Part shown: positions 39,465-49,514 of the stretch, one piece after another
Numbering within the stretch: position 1 is the first letter of the stretch
How the letters are laid out: each line of letters opens with the position of its first letter
Assembly (NCBI GenBank): GCA_963665095.1
Contig: OY762069.1
Span: 5,152,001-5,216,000, forward strand
Reading direction: 5' to 3'
Length of the DNA: 64,000 bases
Source of the DNA: an uncultured Desulfobacter sp.
Lineage (GTDB): Bacteria; Desulfobacterota; Desulfobacteria; Desulfobacterales; Desulfobacteraceae
Notes under the pieces: generated by a model
Databases searched by the model: none
Seen by the model: the letters and a program-made list of their open reading frames with translations, nothing else
What the model was told of the DNA's origin: nothing
Program-made: the position numbers and the translations under genes

Positions 39465-42400
39465 TGGGTGCATTTTTTGTCCGGCGGCCCATTGTCGCCA
39501 TGGTTATTGCCATTGTCACGGTGATTTTAGGTGTGCTGTCCGTGTTTAAGCTGCCCATGGAGCAGTATCCCAATATCACGCCGCCCATTGTCCAGGTACG
39601 GGCCAGTTACACCGGTGCCAACGCCACCAATGTGGAGGCGTCCGTTGCCACGCCTTTGGAACAGCAGATCAACGGCGTGGACAACATGATCTATATGAAG
39701 TCGGTGAATGCCAATGACGGCACCATGACCATCAACGTCTCCTTTGAGATCGGCACGGATCCGGACATGAATACCGTATTTGTCCAGAACCGCGTGTCTG
39801 CGGCCACGGCCAAACTGCCGGAAGAGGTCAAGCGTCTTGGGGTCACCACGGAAAAATCCCTGCCCAACATCCTGATGCTTGTGGCGCTCACCGATCCCTC
39901 CGACAAGTATGACCAGAATTTTCTGAACAACTATGCCCTGATCAATATCAAGGACTCACTGGCCCGGTTGAAAGGGGTCGGACGGGTGGATGTTCTGGGC
40001 GGCTCCGACTACTCCATGCGCATCTGGATCAAACCCGACCGCCTGGCCCAGCTGGATATGACCGTGTCCGAGATCACGGCGGCCATCAAGGCCCAGAACG
40101 TGATTGTGGCCGGTGGAAAGTTCGGCGCGGAACCGGCGCCAGACGGCACGGAATTTACCTATACCGTGCGTCTGCCGGACCGGCTCGCTTCCGAGGAGGC
40201 CTTTGGCGACATTGTGGTTCGTACCACCCCCAGTGGCGCCCAGGTGAAAATCAAGGATGTGGCCAAGGTGGAGCTGGGTGTGGAATCCTACAATGTTTTC
40301 TCCCGCATGGACGGCAAACCCTGTTCCATCATTGCGCTGTACCAGGCGCCGGGTTCCAATGCCGTGAACCTGGCCGAGGAGATCCGGTCGGTGATGGCCC
40401 GGCTCTCCAGCTCTTTTCCCAAAGGCATGCGCTATGATGTCTCTCTGGACGCCACACTGCCCATTACCAAAGGTATTGACGAGATCGTCGAGACCCTGTT
40501 GATAGCCCTGGCCCTGGTTATTTTTGTTGTTTTTATCTTTATCCAGGACTGGCGGGCGACCCTCATTCCCACCATTGCCATTCCTGTCTCCCTGCTTGGT
40601 GCCTTTGTGGCATTCCCGCTTCTGGGATTTACGGTGAATACGCTTTCGCTGCTAGGACTGGTACTGGCCATTGGTATTGTTGTGGATGATGCTATCGTAG
40701 TGGTGGAGGCGGTCCAGGTCAATATTGCCAAGGGCATGGATGCCAAGGCCGCCACCGTCGAAGCCATGCGCGAGGTAACCGCCCCTATCGTGGCCACCAC
40801 CCTGGTCCTTGTGGCGGTGTTCCTGCCGGTGTCTGCCATGGGCGGCATCACAGGACGCCTCTATCAGCAGTTTGCCCTGACCATTGTGGTTTCGGTCCTT
40901 TTTTCCTCCATAAATGCCTTGTCTTTAAGTCCGGCCCTTTGCGGGCTTCTGCTCAAAGAGCCCAAACCCTACCGGGGACCCTTGGGGTGGTTTTTCTCGG
41001 TCTTCAACAAGGGGTTTGACGCCTCAACAAATGTTTACATCAAGATTGCCCGGATGGTGGCCCGCAAGGCGGTTATCGGGGTGCTTTTCATTGTGGCCGT
41101 GTGCTGCGGCACAGGGGTTGTGGGCAAGTTGCTGCCCGGCGGCTTTATTCCCACCGAGGACATGGGATACTTCATGGTCAATGTCCAGCTGCCGGACGCC
41201 GCCTCCCTCCAGCGGTCAGATGCCGTCACCAAGCAGGTGGAGAAGATGATTGCCAAACACCCGGAAGTGGAGCATGTCACCAATGCCACGGGCTTTTCCA
41301 TGCTCTCCTCCTCCATGGGGCCCAATTACGGCTTCCTGTTTGTCTCGCTCAAGGATTGGGACGAGCGGGAGAGAACGGCTGATGAACTGGTCTCCCAGTT
41401 AAATAAAGAGTTCTATTTCGGGATCAACCAGGCCCAGGTATTTGCCTTTTCGCCGCCGGCCATCCCGGGGCTTGGCACTGGTTCCGGCTTTACCTTCATG
41501 CTCCAGGACCGCGTGGGTAATACGCCGGCCTATCTTGGCCATCAGGCCGTCCAGTTCATAGCCGCCGCTAAAAAACGCAAAGAGATCGGGTCGGTGCGCA
41601 CCACCTTCAGTCCCAATGTCCCCCAGAAACTCATTGAAGTGGACCGGGACAAGGCGCTCAAGGCCGGCATCAGCCTCAACGACATCTACACCACCATCGG
41701 CGCGTTCCTGGGCGGCTCCTATGTCAACGACTTTAATAAGTTCGGCCGGCTTTACAGGGCCTATATCCAGGCAGAACCCGAATATCGGCTCAACGCCAAG
41801 AAGCTCGGACAGTTTTTTATAAGGAACAAACAGGGAAAAAGCGTGCCGCTGTCCGCCTTTATCAAGGTTCAGGAGGTGTATGGTCCGGATTATACCAACC
41901 GGTTCAACCTCATGCGGGCCGCAGAGATCTCCGGGACCCCTGCCCAGGGGTATACCTCGGCCCAGGCCATGGCGGCCCTGGAAGAGGTGGCCGCCGAAGT
42001 GCTGCCCGATGACATGACCTACTCCTGGAGCGACATGTCCTACCAGGAGCATGCGGCTGCCGGTACCGGCGCCGTGGTCTTTGTCTTCTCCCTGGTCTTT
42101 GTTTTCCTGATTCTGGCAGCCCAGTATGAAAGCTGGTCCCTTCCCTTCAGCATCCTTTTAGGCACGCCCTTTGCCCTGTTCGGTGCCATGGGGCTTGTCT
42201 TCCTGGCCCGGTATTTTGACCTGACATACGAGAACAACGTGTTTGCCCAGATCTCGCTTGTACTGCTCATCGGCATGGCAGCCAAAAACGCCATTTTGAT
42301 TGTGGAGTTTGCCAATATTAAATTCCATGAGGGCTTAAGCCTGTTCGATGCGGCCATTGAGTCGGCTAAAATAAGATTCCGTCCGATTCTGATGACGGCA

Positions 42401-42604
42401 TTTGCCTTTATCCTGGGTATTTTTCCCCTGGTGGTGGCCACCGGTGCCGGAGCCATGGCCCGTAAGGTCATGGGTGTGGCGCTTTTGGGCGGCATGACCC
42501 TTGCCACCTTTCTTGGTGTATTTTTCTATCCCATGCTCTTTGTCTTTATCGGCAAGCTGTGCCGGTATGAGAAAAAGCGGGATATGGCCCCAAAAAATGA
42601 GTAA
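39464..42604 (+). CDS. RND efflux permease (HAE1, AcrB-like)
   Basis: FFVRRPIVA, GIVVDDAIVVVE, AKNAILIVEFA and RFRPILMT. Confidence 0.95.
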   Translation: MGAFFVRRPIVAMVIAIVTVILGVLSVFKLPMEQYPNITPPIVQVRASYTGANATNVEASVATPLEQQINGVDNMIYMKSVNANDGTMTINVSFEIGTDPDMNTVFVQNRVSAATAKLPEEVKRLGVTTEKSLPNILMLVALTDPSDKYDQNFLNNYALINIKDSLARLKGVGRVDVLGGSDYSMRIWIKPDRLAQLDMTVSEITAAIKAQNVIVAGGKFGAEPAPDGTEFTYTVRLPDRLASEEAFGDIVVRTTPSGAQVKIKDVAKVELGVESYNVFSRMDGKPCSIIALYQAPGSNAVNLAEEIRSVMARLSSSFPKGMRYDVSLDATLPITKGIDEIVETLLIALALVIFVVFIFIQDWRATLIPTIAIPVSLLGAFVAFPLLGFTVNTLSLLGLVLAIGIVVDDAIVVVEAVQVNIAKGMDAKAATVEAMREVTAPIVATTLVLVAVFLPVSAMGGITGRLYQQFALTIVVSVLFSSINALSLSPALCGLLLKEPKPYRGPLGWFFSVFNKGFDASTNVYIKIARMVARKAVIGVLFIVAVCCGTGVVGKLLPGGFIPTEDMGYFMVNVQLPDAASLQRSDAVTKQVEKMIAKHPEVEHVTNATGFSMLSSSMGPNYGFLFVSLKDWDERERTADELVSQLNKEFYFGINQAQVFAFSPPAIPGLGTGSGFTFMLQDRVGNTPAYLGHQAVQFIAAAKKRKEIGSVRTTFSPNVPQKLIEVDRDKALKAGISLNDIYTTIGAFLGGSYVNDFNKFGRLYRAYIQAEPEYRLNAKKLGQFFIRNKQGKSVPLSAFIKVQEVYGPDYTNRFNLMRAAEISGTPAQGYTSAQAMAALEEVAAEVLPDDMTYSWSDMSYQEHAAAGTGAVVFVFSLVFVFLILAAQYESWSLPFSILLGTPFALFGAMGLVFLARYFDLTYENNVFAQISLVLLIGMAAKNAILIVEFANIKFHEGLSLFDAAIESAKIRFRPILMTAFAFILGIFPLVVATGAGAMARKVMGVALLGGMTLATFLGVFFYPMLFVFIGKLCRYEKKRDMAPKNE

Positions 42605-42615
42605 AGATTAAAATT

Positions 42616-44061
42616 ATGAACAGATTTTCATCCGTTACAGCATTTGTTGTTTTATCCCTGGCCCTGGCATCAGGCATGTTTTTTTCAGGCTGTATCAGTG
42701 TGGGGCCTGATTTTGAAAAACCCGTTGTAGAGACGCCGTCTGAGTATCGGTTTGCCCCGTCACAGACCACCGATCAGGAGCTGAAGTGGTGGGAACTGTT
42801 CCGGGATCCCGCCCTTTACGATCTGGTCAACACCGCCCTGGAAAACAACAAGAACCTGCAGCAGGCCATGAGCCGGATTGAGGAAGCACGGTTTTCCTAC
42901 GGCATGAGCCGGGCAGACAGAGGACCCGCCGTCAATGTGGGGGCCGGGGGTTTTGCCGGCAATTATTCCGGCACCAGATACGGCACCACCAACAATAATT
43001 TTTATGCCTCTTTGAATCTTGCCTGGGAAGTGGATTTCTGGGGAAAATACAAACGGGCCTCCGAGGCAGCCAAGGCCAATATCCTGGCCTCAACCTACGG
43101 GGCCTGGGCCATCCGGACCACCCTGGTCAGTGATGTGGTCACCGCCTATTACCAGCTGCTGGATTACCGCTCACGCCTTGACATGTCCAAAGAGACCCTT
43201 GCCACAAGACAGGACGGTTTGGATATCATCACCAAACGGTTTGAAAAAGGCATAATTCCTGAGATCGACGTCAACCAGGCCCAGATCCAGCTGGAAGTGG
43301 CAGCCGGGGCCATCCCCACCTACGAGCGGCTCATTACCAGAACCGAACACCGGATCAAACTGCTCATGGGTGCGCTGCCCGGAGAGGTTTATACCGATAC
43401 CACCCTGGAGGAGCAGTCCGCACCCCCAGCGATTCCGGTGGGTGTGCCTGCCTCTTTGCTGGAACGGCGCCCGGAAATTCAACAGGCCTTAGCCCAGCTT
43501 CATGCCAGCAACGAGCAGATCGGGGTGGCCGTGGCCCAGCGGCTTCCTGCCATCAGCCTGACCGGCATGCTGGGTCTGGCTTCTTCGGAAGTTTCCAATG
43601 TCACCAACCAGGGCGGCATCTGGAATCTGGGTGGCGGTGTTTTAGGGCCGCTGTTTGACTTCCGAAAATCCAAGTTCCGGGTGGATGTGGCCAAAGAGCA
43701 GACCCGCCAGGCATTGTTCAACTACGAGAAGGTGGTTCTTACGGCATTTAAAGAGGTGGCGGATGCCCTGGTGGATGTGGACACTTATAAACGTGCAGGC
43801 GAGGCAGCTGAAAGAAAAGTTGCGGCAGCTCAGAATGCGGCCAGGCTCTCCTTTGAGCGGTACGACAAGGGCGTCAGCTCTTATCTTGAGGTATTGGATT
43901 CCGAACGTACCCTGTTTTCAGCCCAGCTTGAATTTTCAGAAACCCGACAGCTTTACTTTAATGCCTATGTCAGCCTGTATAAAGCCCTTGGTGGGGGGTG
44001 GCTTATTTCAGATGATACCAGTGAAGACGGCACAGACGGGGTGAGTACTGCAACCCCCTGA
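42616..44061 (+). CDS. RND outer membrane factor lipoprotein (OprM/NodT family)
   Basis: Lipobox FFSGC, WEVDFWG, LLERRP and LYKALGGGW. Confidence 0.93.
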   Translation: MNRFSSVTAFVVLSLALASGMFFSGCISVGPDFEKPVVETPSEYRFAPSQTTDQELKWWELFRDPALYDLVNTALENNKNLQQAMSRIEEARFSYGMSRADRGPAVNVGAGGFAGNYSGTRYGTTNNNFYASLNLAWEVDFWGKYKRASEAAKANILASTYGAWAIRTTLVSDVVTAYYQLLDYRSRLDMSKETLATRQDGLDIITKRFEKGIIPEIDVNQAQIQLEVAAGAIPTYERLITRTEHRIKLLMGALPGEVYTDTTLEEQSAPPAIPVGVPASLLERRPEIQQALAQLHASNEQIGVAVAQRLPAISLTGMLGLASSEVSNVTNQGGIWNLGGGVLGPLFDFRKSKFRVDVAKEQTRQALFNYEKVVLTAFKEVADALVDVDTYKRAGEAAERKVAAAQNAARLSFERYDKGVSSYLEVLDSERTLFSAQLEFSETRQLYFNAYVSLYKALGGGWLISDDTSEDGTDGVSTATP

Positions 44062-44103
44062 TGTCTTTGGGGCGGATATTTTTTCAAGGATTGGGGGCAG
44101 GTT

Positions 44104-46728
44104 ATGCAAGCGTTCTCTTCATTCTCCTTTGAAGACAATTCCCGGATCCGGGCGGCCCGGGATTTTATCAACGAAACCCGGTCCCATCTTTATCTTACGG
44201 GCCGGGCCGGTACCGGTAAAACCACCTTTTTAAAATCCTTAAGCAGTTTCTGTCCCAAACAGTTTATTGTCACAGCGCCCACCGGCGTTGCTGCCGTGAA
44301 TGCCGGCGGCGTGACCCTGCACTCCTTTTTTCAGATTCCTTTAGGGCCGTTTTTGCCCGGCCAGAGCGATCAGGCCCGGGACCGGCAGCGGTTTTTCAGA
44401 TTTTCCAAGGAGAAAAAGCGGATCATCAGCGGGCTGGATCTTCTGGTAATCGATGAGATCTCCATGGTGAGAGCCGATCTCATGGATGCCCTGGATTCCG
44501 TTCTGCGACGGCTGCGTCGGGATGAACGCCCCTTTGGCGGGGTCCAGCTGCTGCTCATAGGGGATCTGTTCCAGTTGCCGCCGGTGACAAAGCAAGGTGA
44601 GTGGGAACTCTTATCCCACCATTATGCCTCCCCCTATTTTTTTGCAAGCCAGGCCTTGGCCCAATCCCATCTGGTCACCATTGAACTTGAGACCGTTTAC
44701 CGTCAGAGTGACCCTGATTTTATACGGCTGCTCAATGCTGTGCGTGAAAACCGCATGGACAGCCATTGTATGGACATCCTGAATGAACGGGTCCGGCCCG
44801 ATCCCCCAAATCAAGGGTCTATTATCCTGACCACCCACAACCGTAAGGCTGAGTCCATTAACGCACGAAAGCTTGCAAAACTTCAGGAACCGGAACATAG
44901 GCTGGCAGCCGAGGTAACAGGAGATTTTCCGGCCCATGCCTTTCCCACCGGAGAGCAGCTGACCCTGAAATCCGGGGCCCAGGTAATGTTTCTGCGCAAT
45001 GACGCTTCGCCTGAAAAAAACTATTTTAACGGCAGTATCGGCCGGGTGACCCATGTGGGACGTCAGACCGTTACCGTGGCCTGCCAGGGAAGTGCCGGCC
45101 GGGCAGCCGGAGAAAGTGCCGGTGCCGGGGACGGGGCTGTGGTGGAACTCAATCCCGTGGACTGGGAAAATGTCACCTATAAAATCAACGAGAAAGATAA
45201 AACCATCGAACCCGAGGTGGTGGGCACCTTCCGGCAGTTTCCCTTAAAGCTTGCCTGGGCCGTTACCATCCATAAAAGCCAGGGCCTGACCTTTGACCAC
45301 GCCATTGTGGATGCCAAGGATGCCTTTGCCCACGGTCAGGTCTATGTGGCGTTGAGCCGCTGCACCGGCCTTGACGGTCTGGTTCTCACCGCCCCGGTTC
45401 CTGCCAGGGCTTTGGGGACCGATCCTGTGGTGGCGGACTTCATGACACATACGGCACTGTCGGACCAGGATCTTGCCGATGTCTTTCAATCTGCCCGAAT
45501 GGCCTGCCAGCAGGAACTGGTACTGGCATGCTTTGACTGTTCAAGCTTTTTGCGGCTTTTTTTCTATTTTCTGCGCCTGGCCAGGGACAACCGTAATGTG
45601 CTGCGGATCCCGGGTTTAGGTGACCCCCATGATATGGAAGCCCGGGTACGTGAGCAGGTGTTCCAGGTGAGCGATAAGTTCCAGATCCAGCTTAAAGGGC
45701 TCATGGCAAAGGAGCCCCTGCCTGAAGAGAGTGACATTATTCAGGAGCGGATTCGCAAGGCCAGCGCCTGGTTTGGGAACACCCTTTCCGAGGTGTTCGG
45801 GGCGCTTCTTGAAAGAGGCGCTGTGGAGACGGATAATGCCGCCCTTGCCAAGCAGGTCAATAATGCCCTGGACTCACTGAAACAGGAGATCAAAAGAAAG
45901 CAGGCAGGGATTCTCTCCTGTGCCGAGGGGTTTTCCACAGCAAAATATCTTCGCGCCCTGTCCGCTGCGGCCATGGAGGATTCGCCTAAAAAGTCGTCAA
46001 AAAAAGGTGCTTCCTCTTCTTCTGCACCGGATTATACCGAACTGGATATTGCCCATCCTGAACTGTTCAAGGCCATCAAAGAGTGGCGGACCCGGAAGGC
46101 TGCCGAGAAAAACGTCAAAGCCTTTCAGATTCTTCACCAGAAGGTGCTTGTCCAGATTGCTGTCTGCCTTCCCGGAAGTGCCAAAAGCCTTAAGGCCCTG
46201 AAAGGCGTCGGCCCTGCCACCCTGGAGAGCTACGGGGATGAACTGCTGGCCATGGTGGAGGCGTATTGCAGTGAGAAGGGGCTTTCAACCGACCATACCC
46301 CTGATCCCCTTCCCGCAACCCCTGTGCCGGATAAAATGCCGGAACAAAAAGGGGACAGTGACACTGTCCGGAACCAGGACCGGGAAAAGGGCCCGGATGA
46401 GCAGGTGCAGGACCCGGCGCCCCCAAAGCCAAATTCCCGCCAGATCAGTCTGATCATGTTTGAAGACGGCATGACGCCTGAGCAGATCGCAGAAGAGCGG
46501 GGGCTTGTGCCAAGTACCATCTTTGGCCATCTGTGTTCCTTTGTCGCCAAGGGCGAGTTGGCCGTGGAAAGACTTGTGGAAAAAGAGACCCTTGAAAGAA
46601 TCGTTGAAAAGGCGTCGCCTGATAAAGGCTGGACCCAGTTGAAAAGGGAGCTGGGGGATGATGTCTCCTACGAGCAGATCCGTGCGGTCATGTCCCACCT
46701 GAAATACATTGAAGCAGGGAGTCAATAG
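44104..46728 (+). CDS. Pif1/RecD-like SF1B helicase with HRDC and C-terminal HTH
   Basis: TGRAGTGKTT, IDEISM, GDLFQLPP, AWAVTIHKSQG and YVALSR; HRDC region LKGVGPATLESYG; HTH IAEERGLVPSTIFGHL. Confidence 0.9.
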   Translation: MQAFSSFSFEDNSRIRAARDFINETRSHLYLTGRAGTGKTTFLKSLSSFCPKQFIVTAPTGVAAVNAGGVTLHSFFQIPLGPFLPGQSDQARDRQRFFRFSKEKKRIISGLDLLVIDEISMVRADLMDALDSVLRRLRRDERPFGGVQLLLIGDLFQLPPVTKQGEWELLSHHYASPYFFASQALAQSHLVTIELETVYRQSDPDFIRLLNAVRENRMDSHCMDILNERVRPDPPNQGSIILTTHNRKAESINARKLAKLQEPEHRLAAEVTGDFPAHAFPTGEQLTLKSGAQVMFLRNDASPEKNYFNGSIGRVTHVGRQTVTVACQGSAGRAAGESAGAGDGAVVELNPVDWENVTYKINEKDKTIEPEVVGTFRQFPLKLAWAVTIHKSQGLTFDHAIVDAKDAFAHGQVYVALSRCTGLDGLVLTAPVPARALGTDPVVADFMTHTALSDQDLADVFQSARMACQQELVLACFDCSSFLRLFFYFLRLARDNRNVLRIPGLGDPHDMEARVREQVFQVSDKFQIQLKGLMAKEPLPEESDIIQERIRKASAWFGNTLSEVFGALLERGAVETDNAALAKQVNNALDSLKQEIKRKQAGILSCAEGFSTAKYLRALSAAAMEDSPKKSSKKGASSSSAPDYTELDIAHPELFKAIKEWRTRKAAEKNVKAFQILHQKVLVQIAVCLPGSAKSLKALKGVGPATLESYGDELLAMVEAYCSEKGLSTDHTPDPLPATPVPDKMPEQKGDSDTVRNQDREKGPDEQVQDPAPPKPNSRQISLIMFEDGMTPEQIAEERGLVPSTIFGHLCSFVAKGELAVERLVEKETLERIVEKASPDKGWTQLKRELGDDVSYEQIRAVMSHLKYIEAGSQ

Positions 46729-46778
46729 CGTTGTTCACAATGGCGTTCTGAATTTTGAAAAAATAAGGAGATCCACAG

Positions 46779-48386
46779 ATGGCGCAAGGCAGGTTATTGC
46801 TGAAAAACGGAACCATTATCGACGGCACCGGAACCAAGGGATACAAAGGCGATCTGCTCATTGCAGGGTCTCTGATTGAGGCGGTTTCAGACCATGATAT
46901 TGCAGCGGACGCACCGGTTCTTGACTGCACGGACAAGGTGGTGGCGCCTGGATTTATCGACATGCACTCCCACAATGACTGGTTCCTCTCCAATGCCGAC
47001 CAGCCGGAATTCACCATGCCGTTCACCGAACAGGGGATCACCACCTTTGTGGGTGGAAACTGCGGATTCAGCGCCGCCGGGATTCTCAAAGATTCCCCCC
47101 ACAAAGCATTCATGGCGGCCAACAATCTGTTCAAGGCTGGTACCCCGGAATTGAAATGGGACACCATGTCAGAGTTCTCCAAACTTCTCACCCGCCAGGG
47201 CCTGACCCATAATCTTGCCATGCTTGCCGGGCACGGTACGGCCAGAACTTCTGTGTGTGCATGGGATCCGGCCCCACTTTCAAAAAGCGACATGTCGACG
47301 CTGTTAACCCTTCTGGAACAGGCCATGGATGAGGGGGCAAAAGGCGTCTCCTTAGGGTTGCAATATGCGCCCGGGATTTTTGCCGGATCAGAAGAGCTTA
47401 AAAAGGTTGCAGAGCTGGTGAAGAAAAAGGATAGGCTTTTAACCGTGCACATGAAGGCCTACTCCTCAGTGTCCGGCACCTATCCGGTAAAACCGTTGGG
47501 CATGCCCCACAACCTTATGGCCCTGGCTGAAATCCTTGAACTGGCTAAGTCCACCGGTGTCAGGCTCCAGCTCTCCCATCTTATTTTTGTGGGGGAAAAG
47601 AGCTGGAAAACCTTTCACAAAGCCATGGAGATGATTGACGCGGCCAGGAAGAGCGGCCTGGATGTGATGCTGGATACCTATGCCTACCACTGCGGGGCTT
47701 CGGTGATTACCGTGCTGTTGCCCGAGTGGTTCATGGCAGGGGCACCGGACAGCTTTAATGCCCGGTTTCCGGTGTTCAAGGTGCGGTTGCTGGCAGCGCT
47801 CTCGTTTCGCCTTCTCGGATTCGGGTTTGAGGATATCCAGATCGCCTGTGCAAATTACCCCGACCTGGACCGCTACAATGGCATGTTCCTGTCTGATATT
47901 GCCAGGGATAGAGGGATGCAGCCCTTTGACAACTACATGGATTTTGTCCGGAAAAGCAAGGGAACGGCCCGGGTGCTTATGTACCGGTATTCCAGTCCGG
48001 ATATTGTGGACCGGCTCATGGATCACCCCCTGAGCATGTATATGACCGATGCCTGGTCGGAACCCACCGGCGTTCAGAATCCGGCGGCCTACGGGTGTTT
48101 CCCAAAATTTCTGCAACAGGCACGGGATAAGGGTACCATGGAGGCGGCTGTTCACAAAATGACCGGTGCCAGCGCCTCCCGGTTCAGCATCCATGACCGG
48201 GGCGTGCTGGAAAAAGGGAAAGCCGCAGATATCACCATTTTTGATCCCAATACAGTAAAAGACAATACCTGTCCTGAAACAACAGATGCCCGACCCACGG
48301 GTATAGATTACGTATTTATCAACGGCATTCAGGTGGTGACCAGCGGCAAGACGGAGGCCTCCCTGAGACCGGGGCAGATGCTATAG
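46779..48386 (+). CDS. N-acyl-D-amino-acid deacylase (amidohydrolase)
   Basis: APGFIDMHSH, GNCGFS and RGVLEKGKAADITIFDP. Confidence 0.88.
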   Translation: MAQGRLLLKNGTIIDGTGTKGYKGDLLIAGSLIEAVSDHDIAADAPVLDCTDKVVAPGFIDMHSHNDWFLSNADQPEFTMPFTEQGITTFVGGNCGFSAAGILKDSPHKAFMAANNLFKAGTPELKWDTMSEFSKLLTRQGLTHNLAMLAGHGTARTSVCAWDPAPLSKSDMSTLLTLLEQAMDEGAKGVSLGLQYAPGIFAGSEELKKVAELVKKKDRLLTVHMKAYSSVSGTYPVKPLGMPHNLMALAEILELAKSTGVRLQLSHLIFVGEKSWKTFHKAMEMIDAARKSGLDVMLDTYAYHCGASVITVLLPEWFMAGAPDSFNARFPVFKVRLLAALSFRLLGFGFEDIQIACANYPDLDRYNGMFLSDIARDRGMQPFDNYMDFVRKSKGTARVLMYRYSSPDIVDRLMDHPLSMYMTDAWSEPTGVQNPAAYGCFPKFLQQARDKGTMEAAVHKMTGASASRFSIHDRGVLEKGKAADITIFDPNTVKDNTCPETTDARPTGIDYVFINGIQVVTSGKTEASLRPGQML

Positions 48387-48411
48387 GTGTTACACCACTT
48401 ATTAAAGCTTT

Positions 48412-48956
48412 TTGTTTTCAAAAGAGGCGTTTGATGCGGCCGAGCCGGAACGCCGGATGTCCTATTGCCGGATGGTTGCCGGTGCCAGCAGAGGTAAAGA
48501 GATGAAGGTGGATGTGACCAACTTTGACTGCTTTGCTTCAGCAAGGGTTCTGCCATTGTCATTTCCATTCCCTTCAACATCATGCACCTGGTCCAGGGGT
48601 ATTCATATAAATTCGGGACATATGCCGGGTATAAATTTATCGGCAACCAGGCCATGTGCTCTGAATGTACGGCACAGCCCTATAAGGCAAATGCCATTAA
48701 TCTGTCACTCATGTGCGCCGGTGCCAGACAGAACGGCATGAAAAAGGATGAACTGGCCATTGGCGTCACGGCCAATAAGTTTGTGGCAATGATCGACGGC
48801 TTGTGCAAAACCATTACCTCGGTGGAGCTTGATACCAGGAAGAAACAGATACAGGAGAACTTCTCCGGGGCCGGAATATCAGATGTAGAGATTGTGCCGG
48901 ACACCAACTACTGGGTTGCCGTGTCGGATTATGATTCAGAAAAGTTTATTCCCTGA
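48412..48956 (+). pseudogene. DUF169-like gene relic (5'-truncated, frameshifted)
   Basis: One frame gives MSYCRMV and DCFASARVL; another gives GNQAMCSEC, SLMCAGAR and DELAIG. Confidence 0.6.
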
Positions 48957-49059
48957 AAAAGGAATGTTACCCTCGGGGCGGTTCTGTCAAAGGCACTGGT
49001 TGACAGGAAGGCGGATTTCATCCTAAGCCTTTGAAAAAAACAATACGGGAGCAACGCTC

Positions 49060-49386
49060 ATGCGAATGTTTCGAACCACCATTGTTATATTTCTGGCATT
49101 TTTTTTACTGGTCGTTTCCGGGTGTGCCTATGTGGATACCAAAACGCCTTTGGACGAGAATCTTGATCAGACCACCTTGGGTACAAAGACCGGCGTGGCC
49201 GAAGCCTACAGTGTTTTATGGATGGTTGCCTGGGGGGATGCAAGCTATGCTGCGGCTGCCAAACAGCAGGGGATTAAGACCCTTTATTTTACAGACCAGG
49301 AGGTGATCAGTGTTATGGGGGTCTATTCATCCCACAGGGTTCTGCTTTATGGTGAGCCGGCAACAGGCAAGGATTCCCAACCTTAG
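49060..49386 (+). CDS. TRL-like small lipoprotein
   Basis: Lipobox VVSGC; SVLWMVAWGDASYAAAAKQQGI. Confidence 0.8.
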   Translation: MRMFRTTIVIFLAFFLLVVSGCAYVDTKTPLDENLDQTTLGTKTGVAEAYSVLWMVAWGDASYAAAAKQQGIKTLYFTDQEVISVMGVYSSHRVLLYGEPATGKDSQP

Positions 49387-49441
49387 AATTATACCCTTCT
49401 TCCCGCCCAACTCCTGGCGCAAAACTAAGGTGTTACCGGAT

Positions 49442-49481
49442 CATGGTTAAGCATTGACAAACCATGCAACATATCTATAGT
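49442..49481 (+). promoter_or_regulatory. Sigma70 promoter of glcDF with a palindrome around the -35 element
   Basis: TTGACA-16nt-TATAGT; CATGGTT-N11-AACCATG inverted repeat at 49442-49466. Confidence 0.5.
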
Positions 49482-49514
49482 TGAGAACTGTTTTAAATAT
49501 TATTTAGAAGAGAT

